A DNA stretch of 64,000 nt from Adineta vaga (GCA_021613535.1 CP075493.1:2976001-3040000), one strand, 5' to 3'; numbered from the stretch's first letter, positions 36,908 to 51,157 are shown. A program made the numbers and translations. Notes: generated by a model from the letters alone, not told the origin.

Positions 36908-39900
36908 ATGGAGAAATACAATAAGCAAAAAGTGATCGGTACAGGTGCTTTTGGACAAGCATGGCTTGTTCAATCGAAAATTGATGCAAAGAAATTTGTT
37001 ATGAAAGAAATCAAAATTGCCAAAGTAACTTGAAAATGTCAATTAAATTCGAACAATAATTTCTATTTTCTATTCGATTAGATGGGTAAAAAAGAACGTG
37101 AGGATTCAAGAAAAGAAGTATGTCTTCTGTAATGGCATAAGAAAATATTTTCATTACAAAATGATTTATTTTGATCTTTAGGTTAAAGTTTTGAGTGAAA
37201 TGAAACATCCATATATTGTTTCATACATCGAATCATTTGAAGGTAATGTCATATGAAATGATCGTAAGAGCTTCGATGATATACTAATTCCATTGAATTT
37301 AGATGCAACAAGTTTATTTATTATTATGGATTTTTGTGATGGTGGTGATTTACATTCACGTATTCAAGCACAACGGGGTGTAGTTTTTAACGAAGAGCAA
37401 ATACTTGATTGGTTTATACAAATAACTCTAGCACTCAAACATGTTCATGATCGTAAAGTACTTCATCGTGATATAAAATCACAAGTAAATAAAAAAATAA
37501 TTTGTATCAGAACAAAACTTTTCGTATTCTAAATTGACTATTTCAGAATGTATTCTTAACAAGTAGTGGTTCAGCAAAACTAGGAGATTTTGGTATTTCA
37601 AAAGTTTTGAATACGTAAGTTGTTTTTTTCGAAGAATAAAAATATTTTACATAAAGAATAATTCTTTTTGTATAGAACATGTGAATTAGCTCGTACACAG
37701 ATTGGTACACCATATTATTTATCGCCTGAAATTTGTCAACAGAGACCTTATAATAATAAATCAGATGTTTGGAGTCTTGGTTGTGTTTTATATGAATTAA
37801 CAACTCTTAAACATGCAGTAAGATATTTATTGAAGAAGATTCTAATCAAAAAATGTTTTCTTCTCATAGTTCGATGCAAATAATATGAATGGTCTGATGT
37901 TAAAAATCATTCGGTAAGCATTGCCATTTACAAAGAAATGATTTGGATCAGATTGTGTTCGTTTTGTTTAGAGGTTCATTTAATCCAATTCCAACGAGAT
38001 TTAGTGCTGATTTACGAGGTTTAATTGCATTAATGCTGCGCCGAGAACCACGGTATGATTGTTATCTATTCTTCTCTTTATTCATAACTTCATTCTTTTC
38101 TTCTTACATAGTGAACGTCCTTCTGTTAATACAATTTTAAAAAAACCATTTATCAGTTGTCGTATTCCAAAACATTTAGCGGATGAAGTATAATTCTTTT
38201 ATATTTAAAACTATCTTCATACATTTATGTGATTTATTTAGGTACATCAAGCTGAGTTTGACCATACAGTTTTACATGGTCAACGATTATCGTTAGATGG
38301 TGCACATCCAAGTCCATTACCACGTCCATCGTCAGTTCCCAAATCTAATGTGATATCTCCCTCACCAGCTTTTGTTCGGCCAAGTTCAGCAGCATCAAGA
38401 GTATCAGCACGTGAAGCGGCGAAAGTCAATGTGGATCATTCACCCATAAAACCTACACCTTTTGCTACTCCTGGTGGTGCTATTCGGTTTGTGAATATGG
38501 TAATTTTTCACTTTGAAAATCATTTCTTCTGTGTATTGTAGTGCATCACAAGAGAAGAAAGTGAATCAAAAACAAGTTTTTGCTGTTGATAAAGAGAGTG
38601 AAATCGAAAAACGTCGTCGAGAACTTGATAAACAAAAAGAAATACGTGATAAACAAATAAAAAAAGAAGTCTGTTCAATGAAAAAGATTTCCTTATTAGA
38701 AAGAAAAACAATTTTGTTTTTTACGTTTAGGCTGAAAGTTTAGTGAAAAAACAACAAAAATCAATTGAAAATGAGAGAAAAGCAAATATTTTGCGTGATG
38801 AGACCGCATTCGTTTCTTATACAGTGGCAGTGATTCGGTAAGATTAAAAATCATCTTTATATTTCGAAATCAATCTTCTCAATTACAGGATCAATTGGAT
38901 GTAAATAAGCAACGAGCTCCACCACCAGTCATTGGTCAACCGAAAGCAAATCTAGTTTCTGTTCCCTCATCTGCAAGAGAAGCGGTATGTTAACGAAGAA
39001 AATATTCTTATTGACTTTAGAAAAAACAGAAAACTCAATTTCAGGTTACACCATCACCAGTTCCAAGCACACCTAAAGTAGATAGTTATAAACAATATCA
39101 TGAAATATTGGATCGACATAAGCAAAAAATGGCTGATGGAGAACGAAATATGGATGAATGGAATAAAAGTATGAATATTAGTGTTCGAGATTTACATTTA
39201 TAACATATCAAATTTCTAGTTAATCAACCACAAAAACCTTATTCTAATGTACAAATGCAGCAAGCACCCGTTCGTGTTAATCACAATTTACGTCCAACAC
39301 CAGTGTATTGACTAAAAAACGTATTTTTTCCTATTTTAAATCCTTGTATAATTTTAGTGCCAATGTTGATCGACCAGCAATAGTAAAAAATGATTATTTA
39401 GAGAATAGACAACAAGCTCAGATGAATAAAGCTCGTGGTCAAGGTTATGCTGCAGTAAATACTAGACTTTGATAACATTATAGGACAATAATACTGTTTC
39501 GTTAAGGGTGGTGCTGCTGCTGCTGTTATCAATGCTAATATTGGTCAAGTAGCTGCGATAAATCGAAATCTAGAAGAAATTCGTCGAAAAAATCTCGCCG
39601 GTAAACGAGATATCTACAACAAACCACCAATGGCATTTAGAAAACCTCCAATCAATAAAGTAATTATAGATAGTTTGGTCAAGTCTTAAAAAGAAAGCAT
39701 AAAACTTCTTTGTTTCAGCCACCTGTACTAGGCAAGTTGATGAACGATATCGTTCCGCTTATGATCAAGAAATTATTGTAGCACAAAGAGAAAAAGAAAA
39801 AGAAGTTTGTATTTGTTAAAACAAACAATTGAAAATGATCGATTCTTTTTCTATAGAAACAAGCTCAAGAAGTAATGGATAAGATTGAACCAGTTCCTAA

Positions 39901-41476
39901 TAATTTAACTGAATTACTGAATGATATTGGTGTTCGACCATCAAGGTTTGTATTCAATCACTTTCAACAACCGTTTATTATTAGAGCAAATCTTTTCTAG
40001 TGCAAATCAAGAACGAAAGAATAATATTTTACAAAACTTAAATCAACGTAGTGCTCGAGAAAATTGGCACGATAAAGGTGGACCACCTAAATCTCGTCCA
40101 CAATGGAATCAACAAGCACGTCTTGATTCAGCTGTGTTGAATCGTCAATCAGTTATGAACGATTCCTGTGCACCGAATTTAAGTATACAAGGTCAAGCTA
40201 TGAATTTTGCTAATCCAAGTACGCCAAATCGACCACAATGGGGTGCAGCTCCAAGAGATACATTAATCAATGCTCTTGAATGTGCAAATGCTCATGAAAG
40301 TACAATAGCAAGTACAGTCAGTAAAGATACATTCGAAATTAATTTACAACCATTATCAAATCGATTGAGTTCAAGTCAAAAAAATGAAACATATCTTATC
40401 AGTAGTCCAAAATCGACCATTTCTTCTAATGCTACCGATATAACCACAAAAAAATCTACAGAAAACGGTGTAACTACTGAAGAATTGGATAGAACAGTAA
40501 CATCTCAACCAAAAGAAGATAATAAAGAAAAGTAATAGATTGTGTTGTATTCACTTTTACTCTTACTTTCTAATAGAACAACAAGATTGCCACCACCACA
40601 CAAAGATGAACTCGTCGAATGTTTAGCAACAGGACGTTTTGATGCTAAGAATAAATTTGTAAGTGATATTTATTACGTACGAAGTGCTGCTTTTCGCTTC
40701 AACATGTCATTCTTTGAAGGAGCGTTAACATAAAATGGACCGAGAAATATTGTAGAGATGTCTTGAAAACTGTTTTTTGTTCTAGCTTCTTCGAACAGTC
40801 TCCAATCCAGAATTACATAAAATCGATGAAGTCCCTGAAGAATCAACACTCAAATCGACAAAATTAAATCGAAGTTTAACTGATATTATTCAATCATTTG
40901 GAGAACCTTTATTTACCAGTACGAAAAAAGAAGCTGCAAACAATAGTGATAGTGATTCGAATACCGATGAAGAGACATCAGATTGTGATGATGAGGATGA
41001 AATGCATACATTATCATTACTTTATCAAAGTGTACTGAATGATGACGATGATAACGACGATGAACATAAGATAAAACATTCTGCAAGTGAACCAGTTTTA
41101 AAAACAAATAAAAAAAGCAAATCAAAGACTACGGAAATTGCTGCTGAAGATAATGATAATGATGATGATGAGATGTGGTGTAATGAAGAAGATGAAGAGA
41201 ATCTTGAATATCGTGTTAAACTCGATCACGAAAGAGAAGAACAATTACGAAAAGTTCTTGGTGATGAAACATTAGAAATTGTTCGTGAAGCATTGGTAGT
41301 ATGAATGTTTTCTTCGTTAACAGTTGAAAAATAAATAGATATATTTTTTATTTTAGAAAAATGAAAATGATTCACAAGTTATAGCCAATCTTATACCTGA
41401 AAATAAACGTTGTTTAGTTGATACAGCTGCTCTATTAACATTGATAACAATGAATGCAAGGTCAATGAAAAAATAA
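36908..41476 (+). CDS. NEK1: NIMA-related kinase, NEK1-like, with long coiled-coil/low-complexity tail (many exons)
   Basis: [29 protein letters not shown]|[13 protein letters not shown]; [13 protein letters not shown]|[15 protein letters not shown]; [31 protein letters not shown]; EFDHTVLH. Last exon 41357-41476. Confidence 0.88.
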
Positions 41477-41668
41477 CTGTTTGGCAATAATCAAGAAAGT
41501 ATTTTTTCCTATAATATAAAATATAATAATCTTCATTTCGTTCTATGTTTTTTTTGTACATCGATATTGTAATGTTGTTAATTGATATAGCATTTCACAA
41601 TAAAAATATTTATCTTTATTATAACTTAACTAGTAAAAGAAATCGAATCAAATGAATACTATTAAGAT

Positions 41669-44103
41669 TTATTGAAAGAAAACTTTATTGTTATGATTTT
41701 TGAAAATATAACATTCCTGGTAAACGAACATTATCGTATATAAAGCAGTTAATGGTGATGAGATAACAAGATAAGAAGCAGATTTTGATGAAAGAACGTT
41801 CATACGAGTACCAAAACGATTCATACGATTATGAGCAACATATGTGATAGAACTAAGTTTATCAATATAGTGAACATTAGGATCAGGTTGAGTTGGAATT
41901 CGATTTGAAGGAACAATATAAACAAAACCTTCGGATTTTTCCAATTGTAATGGAAAAGTTTTACCTTTTCCTAATGGAGCTGAGATTGATAGATCACCAG
42001 TAGATGTCCATTGAAGACTTGTACCAAGTCGTTCGAAAATTCGATTTCCACGAATTGATATAAGAATTGGAGTGGAATCACGTATCAAATGAGTTTTTGA
42101 TTGATTAAATAGATCTATTAATGAAAGTATATCGACATTACCATACCAATCTTTTAATTCTATAGGTGAACCAACAGCTAACCAACATTTATCGGCACGA
42201 ATGGAAAAACTTTGGCCAAAATGTCCATGTTCTTGTATGCCTTGTAATGTCAAGAAAAGACGAGGTCGAGGTGTAAAAGTATAAACATATAACTTTCCTT
42301 GATCGGCTGGTGCACTTATTAACAAAGTTGGAGATGTTGTCCTATGACTGATACATGATGAAGGAATCATTTGTAATGAATAGCCAAATTTTGATTTAGC
42401 ATGTTCACCCAAGATTGTATAAGATGCATTATTAATTGTAAAATGTTGATCAGATTGTTGATTATAGAATTGTGCATTAAGAAAAATCCAAACAGCACCT
42501 TGTTGTGGTTGATCATAACCATTCGGTTGAGCATATGGACTACTAATGATTAAATCTAACGATGTATCATTGTCTAAATGTGCTGTCAATACTTCGAATC
42601 CAATTGAATCATGTTCATTAACACCATCAATACGAACAAATGGTTTTATTGCAAGTCCATCTTTACTACCAGCAAAAATGAAAACAGCACCACGATAACC
42701 ATATCCATGCGATGGACTACTGACAACAAGATCATTAAATCCATCATTATTCCAATCAAGTGATGCTAAACTAGTACCAAATCGATCGCCATCACAATCA
42801 GGTGATATCAATGTTTGATTAGCAATTTGTTCAATGATACTAATCTTTCGTTCTGGAATTGGTACTTGATCTTTTCTTCCATAAATAATAAAAACACGAC
42901 CACCTTGTGAACAACCTAGATTATAATAATCCGGTGCGGATACAATCAAATCATCGAATCCATCACCATTAAAATCACCGAATAATGTTGTATGACCAAA
43001 TGATGCATAACTTTGATTCGATATCACACCAGTAGGAATTTCTGTATATTGCAATGTTGAAACTGATGTTTGAGAATGTGCTGACCAAGGTAGATAATTG
43101 GCTGTTTTTGAACGAACATATGTTATCGATTGTTGTTCTTCATGAAGCTGAGTCGAATGCGGTATTGTACAATTGAGATAGTATGGATTATTTGTTGATA
43201 TATGACATATATCGGTACCTTTTTCATACATAGCTACGATTTGATCCCAATATCGAACAGTTTGATGTGCCATATTTAATAAACCACCATGATAATATTC
43301 ATAGAGATTATCCAATAAAAATGTATCATTATGTGAATATTTTGGATATTCAAGACCAAGAAATAGAGCATCAGCAAATCGTCCAATAAACATAAAATCA
43401 GCACATGTTTGAACACGTTCAGCTGTTGCATTTGTTTCCAATGGTGAATCATAAGCAACAGCATAACGTTTATAAAGTTCTTCTAATTCAAGACTTGGAA
43501 TATACCATTTATCAGTAAGACCAATATAAGCAATAGGTAATTCATAATCAATAACACTATCACCACCTGGATCAACGTTCGAATGTGCTTTTTCTTCATC
43601 ACCATCATAACTTTCCCAAGCTGTTGCATCAATAAATCCATTTGGGCAACCAGTCAATCGTCCATGCCAGACAACATCAGCAATTTGATGAGATGCTATA
43701 CCAAGAAGAAAGGTAAGAAATTTTTGACCTTGAATATTATCAGATTGTAATGGTGGTGGATAACGATCACGCATGTATTCAATAGCAATTTTCATGAATG
43801 GATACCTAAAACAAGATTTAGTTTGTAAATGAAATAATAATCGATCAAAGATTTTCATTACCAATGCGTATCTTCAGCGATTTGATGTAAAGTTCCTCGA
43901 TAACAGACAGTATCATACATAACATCTGGATAAGGAGATCCACCTTGTAATGCATCTTGATGTTGTAAAACATAATTTCGATAAACAGGTTGATGTAACC
44001 AAAGATCTTGTGCACGATGTGATACTTCAATATGTGTTGTTATACCACATCCAAAAATGGCTGATGGAAATGAAAAAAGTAGGATAATTATATTTACTAA
44101 CAT
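41669..44103 (-). CDS. GPLD1: GPI-specific phospholipase D (Zn-dependent N-terminal domain plus FG-GAP repeats)
   Basis: Signal peptide then CGITTHIEVSHRA; GSPYPD; AEDTHW; GIASHQIADVVWH; FG-GAP repeats DFNGDGFDDLIVSAP and DWNNDGFNDLVVSSP. One intron at 43806-43861. Confidence 0.93.
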
Positions 44104-44780
44104 ATTAAATTTTATCGAATAAATATCGTCTGTTTAGTTTCCCAAATCTATTTTGATTATAAAGAATATTAACAGATGATATTAATTCTCAGAATGATCA
44201 ATGTCAAACATATGTTTTCGATATTTCTTAATTCACATTCATTCACAAACCATTGTGTATGTAGGTATTGATCGAAATCGAAAAATCAATCAGATTGTTT
44301 TCCAGTTAACGACGATGCATAGCGACATCGTATCACATCATAACCAATCATGTTTTTTTTATTTTTGTTCAATTTTCAGTTCTAATTTCCATCTGTCATT
44401 TGTATACACCTGTATGCAGGTGATATGATATTTTGCGTCTATGTCGTTTCTTTTTAAAGACACATTCGTTGAAATATACAACCAGTTAGAAACAAGAAAT
44501 GATTGATGTCAGACATTGACATTCATTCCATGTTGTTTAATTTAAAGTTAAAGTAGAATGATTCTCAATCAAAATGAATCATTTGTTAATAGTTTAAACG
44601 TTGTGAATCATTTTTATCATTGTTTTAAATAATTGTAGATGGAAAATATACCTGAGATATCGATGATTAAACAATTCTTGTGTCTGCTAAGACAGTGTCA
44701 AAGATAACATTATTAGATAAGGTATTTATTACTAATAGGCCATCTATATATCCAAGTTCTAACTATGACTGCATTACAAA

Positions 44781-45404
44781 ATGTCTTTTCAAGCCAACTA
44801 TCCAATTCCTCCTGTTGCTTCCAATGGTGCAGGTTTTCGCATTTTTGTACGTAGTGCTTATTCTGCAAAATACAATTTTGCTGTTGCCAATTACAATTAT
44901 GTATCATCGACTCATAAATTAAATATGCGTGGTGGTCATTTATTATTATTTCGATCTATTGTCGTAATCGTTTGGATCATTACCATGATCTTTGCCATAC
45001 TTTCTTTAATAAAATCAATTTTCATTATTTTTACTATTATCTTTAGTTTGTTTTACATCGTTTTATCCATCTATAATTCGTATGTATTCTTTCGAAATCG
45101 TAATCTTCTCAATGCTACTCGTCTTTTACCAATTAAAATCTTTACATTGAATGGTTTCGATTTTGAATGGATCAAAGTTCCATTGAATTCAGCGACTGTC
45201 ACTGATCGAATGAAAGATATTGATTCATCATCATTGGATCGTCTTCGACAAGAATTTGTTGGCAATGATCAAAAGGAAATCATTTGTATGACCTATACCA
45301 AGCAATATGCGGACACATATTCAACATATCCCAAAGAACTTCTTTTACATTTTGTAGCTTTTTTATTTACAATTATCTTTGGTAGTATTATGGCTGCATT
45401 GTAA
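44781..45404 (+). CDS. Hypothetical membrane protein (207 aa, about 3 TM segments)
   Basis: Single-exon ORF with two adjacent hydrophobic helices and a C-terminal one; AATAAA follows the stop. Confidence 0.7.
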   Translation: MSFQANYPIPPVASNGAGFRIFVRSAYSAKYNFAVANYNYVSSTHKLNMRGGHLLLFRSIVVIVWIITMIFAILSLIKSIFIIFTIIFSLFYIVLSIYNSYVFFRNRNLLNATRLLPIKIFTLNGFDFEWIKVPLNSATVTDRMKDIDSSSLDRLRQEFVGNDQKEIICMTYTKQYADTYSTYPKELLLHFVAFLFTIIFGSIMAAL

Positions 45405-45628
45405 TTTCGAAAAGAAGAAAAATAAACGAATGAGATTGTGTTGTGTAATTTTAAAATTGAAATTCAATCAAGCGTTCTGATTTGAGATGATATTGTACAC
45501 GTAGAAGAATAGCCAATTGATTTTTTTTATACAAAAAAATGAGAAAGTTGATATTACTAGATTCCTGTACATAACACTTCGAAAAACTTATGATACATCT
45601 ATTTTTTGTTAATCAAGAGAAGTCAGTA

Positions 45629-46441
45629 TCATGATTTATGATGCCTATTTCTCGCCAATCTTATTCGAGTAAATGATTGATCTGAATCTGGTAATAAAGG
45701 AACTATTCTATCGACTGGTACAGTATTTGGACTTATTGGTGAAGTTCTTTCTGAACTTGAAGAATCATTATCTACAAAATTTACAGGTGTAATTGGTCGA
45801 AATGGTATGTAATTGTTTGAATGAAAACGTGATTGATCTAAATTATACTGTTGATTCGTAGTTGCTCTATTTATTGAATCTTTCTGACCAATTTGAACGA
45901 TATTTCGATAGTCATCGTGTTCACTAAGATCTTGATCTTGCATGACATAAATCAATGTATCCCAATTGATATGATCAGATGTAACGACATGAACTTTGCC
46001 ATTGACATGTGCAATGGTGTTTTTCAATTCATTTAATTGTACTTTGATTTTTAGAAGTTCATTTTCTAAATAATTCTCTTCTTTTTGTTGTTGTTGCATT
46101 GTAATCGAAAGTTGTTCTAATTGAGTTTGAATATCTTCGAGATTTTTTGCCATCAACAATGTGATATTTGATCGAACTCTATCTGCAATTTCTCGAATAC
46201 GTACAATTGTTTCTTGTTCCCATTGATTTACTTCAATAAAACATGATAATTTATTCTGATCTTTGGAAATTCTTTCAGCAACATCACTGGATTCTTTCAA
46301 TTCATTTCTCATATTCATTAGCTGTTGAAATTGTTCCATTAATTCAATTTGATGTTTAGTCATGCATGACAAACAAAGTAACATTTCACATCCTTCACAT
46401 CGTGCACTACCTCTTTTTTCATTACATAATTTACATTTCAT
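45629..46441 (-). CDS. B-box-type zinc finger plus coiled-coil protein (paralog 1)
   Basis: CKLC..RCEGCEMLLCLSCMTKH, then a coiled coil with EVNQWEQETI and INWDTLIYV. Confidence 0.85.
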   Translation of the reverse strand: MKCKLCNEKRGSARCEGCEMLLCLSCMTKHQIELMEQFQQLMNMRNELKESSDVAERISKDQNKLSCFIEVNQWEQETIVRIREIADRVRSNITLLMAKNLEDIQTQLEQLSITMQQQQKEENYLENELLKIKVQLNELKNTIAHVNGKVHVVTSDHINWDTLIYVMQDQDLSEHDDYRNIVQIGQKDSINRATTNQQYNLDQSRFHSNNYIPFRPITPVNFVDNDSSSSERTSPISPNTVPVDRIVPLLPDSDQSFTRIRLARNRHHKS

Positions 46442-46601
46442 CTTGAATGAATCTATCTAAAAGATAAGCAAAAGATAATATCTAGAAAGGAATTTCATCA
46501 AGAAAAAAACAAAAGAAAATCATTCAGCAAAATTGAATAGATGAAAAATTACTTTTGAGCAAAATCATACATTTCCTGTTCATTACTTAATAAGATTATG
46601 A

Positions 46602-47656
46602 CTAGTGATGTAAGACTGATGTACATTGATTGCACACTGTACATTGATAATTCATACTACTCGGAATTTGAATCATAAAATTCATAGTTTTGCAATGTGG
46701 ACAATATATCAGTAACCAATCGTTATCGTATAATGTATGCGATATCATACGATTGTGATCAAAATAAAAATCATTCATTGGTGAATGTATATCTTGTGTA
46801 GATGAAGATACATTAAAGTTTGGATGTAAAGTAGAAATTCTTTGGTTTGCATTGTATATAGAACACGTGCTACGAGATGATAAGTCGTCATGCGTAGGTT
46901 GTGAACAAGTAGGATAGATGTTTGAGGAATCTGTATTCTGTTGAATATCCATTATAAACGAATTATCTGGCGAAAGATTTGAGTTCATTACATGAATTGG
47001 TATTATATTAGATTCGAGTTGTTCTATTATGAAAATAACACACATAGAAAAACAAACGAAACTATGAATTTACTTGTTTCAATGTGTATTATTGATTGTT
47101 GTGTGTTTTTAATTTTCTCAGATATTTCTTCATTAGTCGATTCTTCTTCAACGATATAGATTAATGAATCCCATTCGATATGATTCGATTTTGTATAATC
47201 AACTCGAATCTTTATCTTCATATTCTCAATATCATTCTTTAAATCATTGAGTTCATTCTCTACTTTTGTAATGTCATTCTCTAAATAACTGCCTTCTTTG
47301 TATTGTTCTTGTATATGATCAGAAAGTGTTTGAAATCGATCAGAAAGATCATCGATATATTTCATCATGATCTCTTTCGCATTGGTTCGAGCTTTGATCG
47401 CTATTTCTTGAATACGTTGAACAGTATTTTGTTCCCATTCATTGATTTCCTTCAGACATGACTTCTGGTTCTCCTCTGTTAAACACGATGTTCGAGTATC
47501 AAGTACTTGTTTCAATTCATTTCGCGCATCCATCAATAATTGAAATTCTTGTACAAGTTCTTCATGATGTTTATTCATACATGGTAAACAAAATAATGTA
47601 TTACATCCTTCACATCTTGTATTTCCGTTTCGTTCCTTGCATAGAGTACATTTCAT
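46602..47656 (-). CDS. B-box-type zinc finger plus coiled-coil protein with C-terminal zinc ribbon (paralog 2)
   Basis: CTLC..RCEGCNTLFCLPCMNKH, EINEWEQNTV, IEWDSLIYI. An intron at about 47025-47073 joins it in frame to a last exon ending IYCPHCKTMN..CTVCNQC. Confidence 0.85.
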
Positions 47657-47955
47657 CTTAATAACAATCGATCTCGATCACTTAATCTAAGATGAAAAAG
47701 AAAAAGAAAATAAATAAATATTTAGAAGAGATCTTTCGTTTATGTAGTCAAATAATTTAGTCATAAGAAAAATATAAAAATAAAACAAAATAAAAAATAT
47801 ACATTTAAATCTTGTCTATCGCTGGATTCATTGAATACAACTGTCTGATAACAAATTATACAACTGAAAATAAAAAAACAAATATTCTAAACAGAAACAA
47901 AAGCTCCAAATTATTAAAATATAACTGTTCTTTTGTTCTAAACTCAAATAAATAC

Positions 47956-50381
47956 TCAATAGTGATATGCCACATTCAATGGTGTTTGACAAACAGAACA
48001 AGAAAATCCTGTCTTATTATATGCTCCACTAAATACATTGACATTTCTACAATGTGGACATATCATTCTACCAGTTGCAGATACTTTTGGTACTGGCACC
48101 ATAGCAGTTGAATATTGTGGTAAATGTGTACTGGATTGTGAGCGTACTTGTGGTCGATTGGGAGGAGGATTAACAGTAGCATGATGTTGCATATGACGAT
48201 CACATTCCGGACAATAAATTGATGAATGATGTTTGCGTTGAAAAGTTCGATTACACACAAGACATGGAGAAATTGACTCTTGATGACGGTCTGAACTAAC
48301 CGATTTTCGATTATTTGTTGATGGTGTTGTTGGTACTTTTAAAACTGGAATTTCACTGCGTGGTCGTTCTAAAAGATGAATTAGAATATTTAGATAGATA
48401 ATAATATTTGCTTCTATGTTTTTATGAGAAAGTAATAACCATATGTAGAAGAAGAATGTCTATCTTTGAATACTTCATAATGTAAGAATGTTAATATTTA
48501 AGAGAAATGAATCATTTTCGGGAAAGAGTATGTTCGCTCAACTCAATGGACAACATATAAAATAGTAAAAGTAGAGATTACCTAAGTTCAGTTTTGTCTG
48601 ATTATTTTGTTGATTGATTTTTGGTGAATTCAAAGGTTTGTCATTATTCTTTATATTATGAATGTTTTCCGGAATATGAGTAATATGTAATTGTCTAGTT
48701 GATTCAGGATTGTTATTTAGTATATTCATTTCTCGTGATGTCACTTTTGCAAAACTTGGAGGTTTATCTGATAGCAGTGGTTTTGATGAAGGTTTTTCGA
48801 AATGAACAGGACCATTTTTGGGTACATAACCTTCATCTTTCTGATCGTCTACACGAAGATATCGTTGTTCTGATGTTTGATTAGTGCGACTTATTGTTGG
48901 AACATTATCAGTAGTTGATGAAATCGGTCGTGGTGAAGCTACGGGAGACAAAGGAGGTCGTGATGAACCTTTTCTAATCAATTGCCAACCGCTATGATCA
49001 TTTGATATTGGAGGAACTGTTGAATTATTCAAGTCACGTTGTCTTTGTTGTTTTCGTCCTTCATTTTCAATAATTTTTGGTTTTTGAATTTCAAAAAAAT
49101 CCATGAGATATTTGTGATAAAGTGCGAAAATATTGTTTTTTGTAGACAAATTTTTTCGACCAAGTTCTGCACATAAAATCATCAACGAAGAAGATTTTGT
49201 ATCGAAATCATATTTAATTTTTCGTGTTCGTAAATAATCATTTAATAAACTATCCGAACGATCACGACTTATATCATCACCTAGAAATCGAATAGGTAAT
49301 AAACTTTGATCGTACGTATGATTAATTGATTGATAGAGTGGAAGATAATTTTCTGTTGTCGTATCTAAATCATTTACACTCGTTTGTAATGGACAAAAAT
49401 GTGAATGATCATAAACTAAAACAATTGGTTCACGTGTACATTCATTTGATGGTGATAATATTGGTAGATAGATTCCAAATAGATCATTAACTGAGATTGG
49501 TTCACCATTTTTATTTCGAATAACATCTTCAGCAAGAACAATTATTGGTCGTCGAAGCATATTCGATATGGAAAATATATGTACAGCTTCAAGAAAATGT
49601 AAATATCTTGCTTTTTGTCCATCTTCTGATTTTTCATAATGAACAAGATTACAAACTTCATCCCACTCCTAAAGTAAGATATACAAAATGTTTTTCTAAA
49701 TAGAATCTTACATCATTCAATTTGGTATCTTCCGAACGTATGCCATAACATCGATCAGATCTCAATCGTTCAATTCGCCATAAACTTTTCAAAACAGCTC
49801 GATTTTCATCCATAAATTGAGCAAGACGATCACGTAAATAAAGATTCGAATCATGTATACCAACCATAGCAATTAGTACAGCATGAAGAAGGCAATTACC
49901 ATTACCTGCAAGAAACAAAAACAAACTTAGAAAAATTATCTTTCTTCAATCATGTTCGATGTTTACCTGCCGTTCGAATTGGATATAATTGTTTTAATGA
50001 GGAATTCCAATTGATTATATGAGCATCATTCATGGTTTTAAGTACGACACGATCGATTAAATAGCGTTGTAAATGAAAATGATCATCGGTATCAAAGAAT
50101 ATTTTTGGTATACTACTTGTATAACTTGTTACTTCAGTTAAATTTTCAATCAAACAAGCATGTATATGTGTTAATAGTTGTTCTGCTTCGGTCTTAATAG
50201 TTTTTGGAATATTTAATACAGCTGTATTTTGTGGGGATGTTGTTGTTGTTGTTGTTGTTGCTGCATCATTTTTCGATTCACTACATTGATTTTGAAATGT
50301 AGTGTAGTAATGTGGTCGTAATGAATCTACTGATCTAGTTGTTTCATTCGTCGTTACATTCCGATTTGATGTACTAGACAT
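47956..50381 (-). CDS. OTU deubiquitinase, A20/OTUD7 (Cezanne)-like, with C-terminal zinc fingers
   Basis: INWNSSLKQLYPIRTAG|NGNCLLHA (catalytic Cys); LEAVHIFSISNMLRRPIIVLA; GIYLP; PIVLVYDHSHFCPL (catalytic His); C-terminal CLVC..CPEC and CPHC..CSVC. Confidence 0.88.
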
Positions 50382-51157
50382 TGCAGATATTTGAGCCGTA
50401 AAGAAAGAAAAAACGACTAAATTTTACATGTTGATAGACATACACAAAGAAACAAAATCTAAAATAAAAGTAATGATTCATTGTATTGCTATGTGAAGAA
50501 AAGAAACGTAAAAATACAAAACAAGTGGCAAATAGTAAAGTTCCAAGATTGACAAAAAGCATCATTTCTTGTATTCGATGGAAATGTATAATCTCTTATG
50601 ATCTAAGCAAAGATTAACCTATCAAATCGATTGCAAATAGTATAAGAAGTAAATAGATATGATAGAATGAAGATTTCATGTACATAAATACTTTTCATTG
50701 AAACCAAAAAGCAACATAGATGCGTTGTTGATAAGACGTTTTCATTCCTTTTTTTTTCTTTCCTTTCACAAAAAGTCAATATAAAGATCCTTTTAACAAC
50801 GAAAAGAAACCCATGCTTTTATAATTTCTCAATTATTTCTACCAGTTATCATGCTTTGAAAAAACAAAAAAAAATATCAATGAAATTTCCCATTACTTGT
50901 TCAATATCATTCAATCAAAACCAATATGAACAACTTACTTCAGCGTGTTGCTACCGTTATTTTTCCATTCTGTTCTTCTCATAAACACGTTTTTCGTATA
51001 TGTGTGTATATCTTCTCTTTTTCTAATATGATAATATTACCAATGCAGAGAAAATTATTCATGTGAAACGATACAAAATATAAATCACAAAACAAAAAAA
51101 AAAGAGTCACACACATCGACGTATAACATTTACTGAATAATTTGTTCGTATCATATC

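Noticed and set aside
41669-44103. GPLD1 as a horizontally acquired bacterial FG-GAP gene
   Set aside because: The N-terminal catalytic motifs and domain order match animal GPLD1, and it has a spliceosomal intron.
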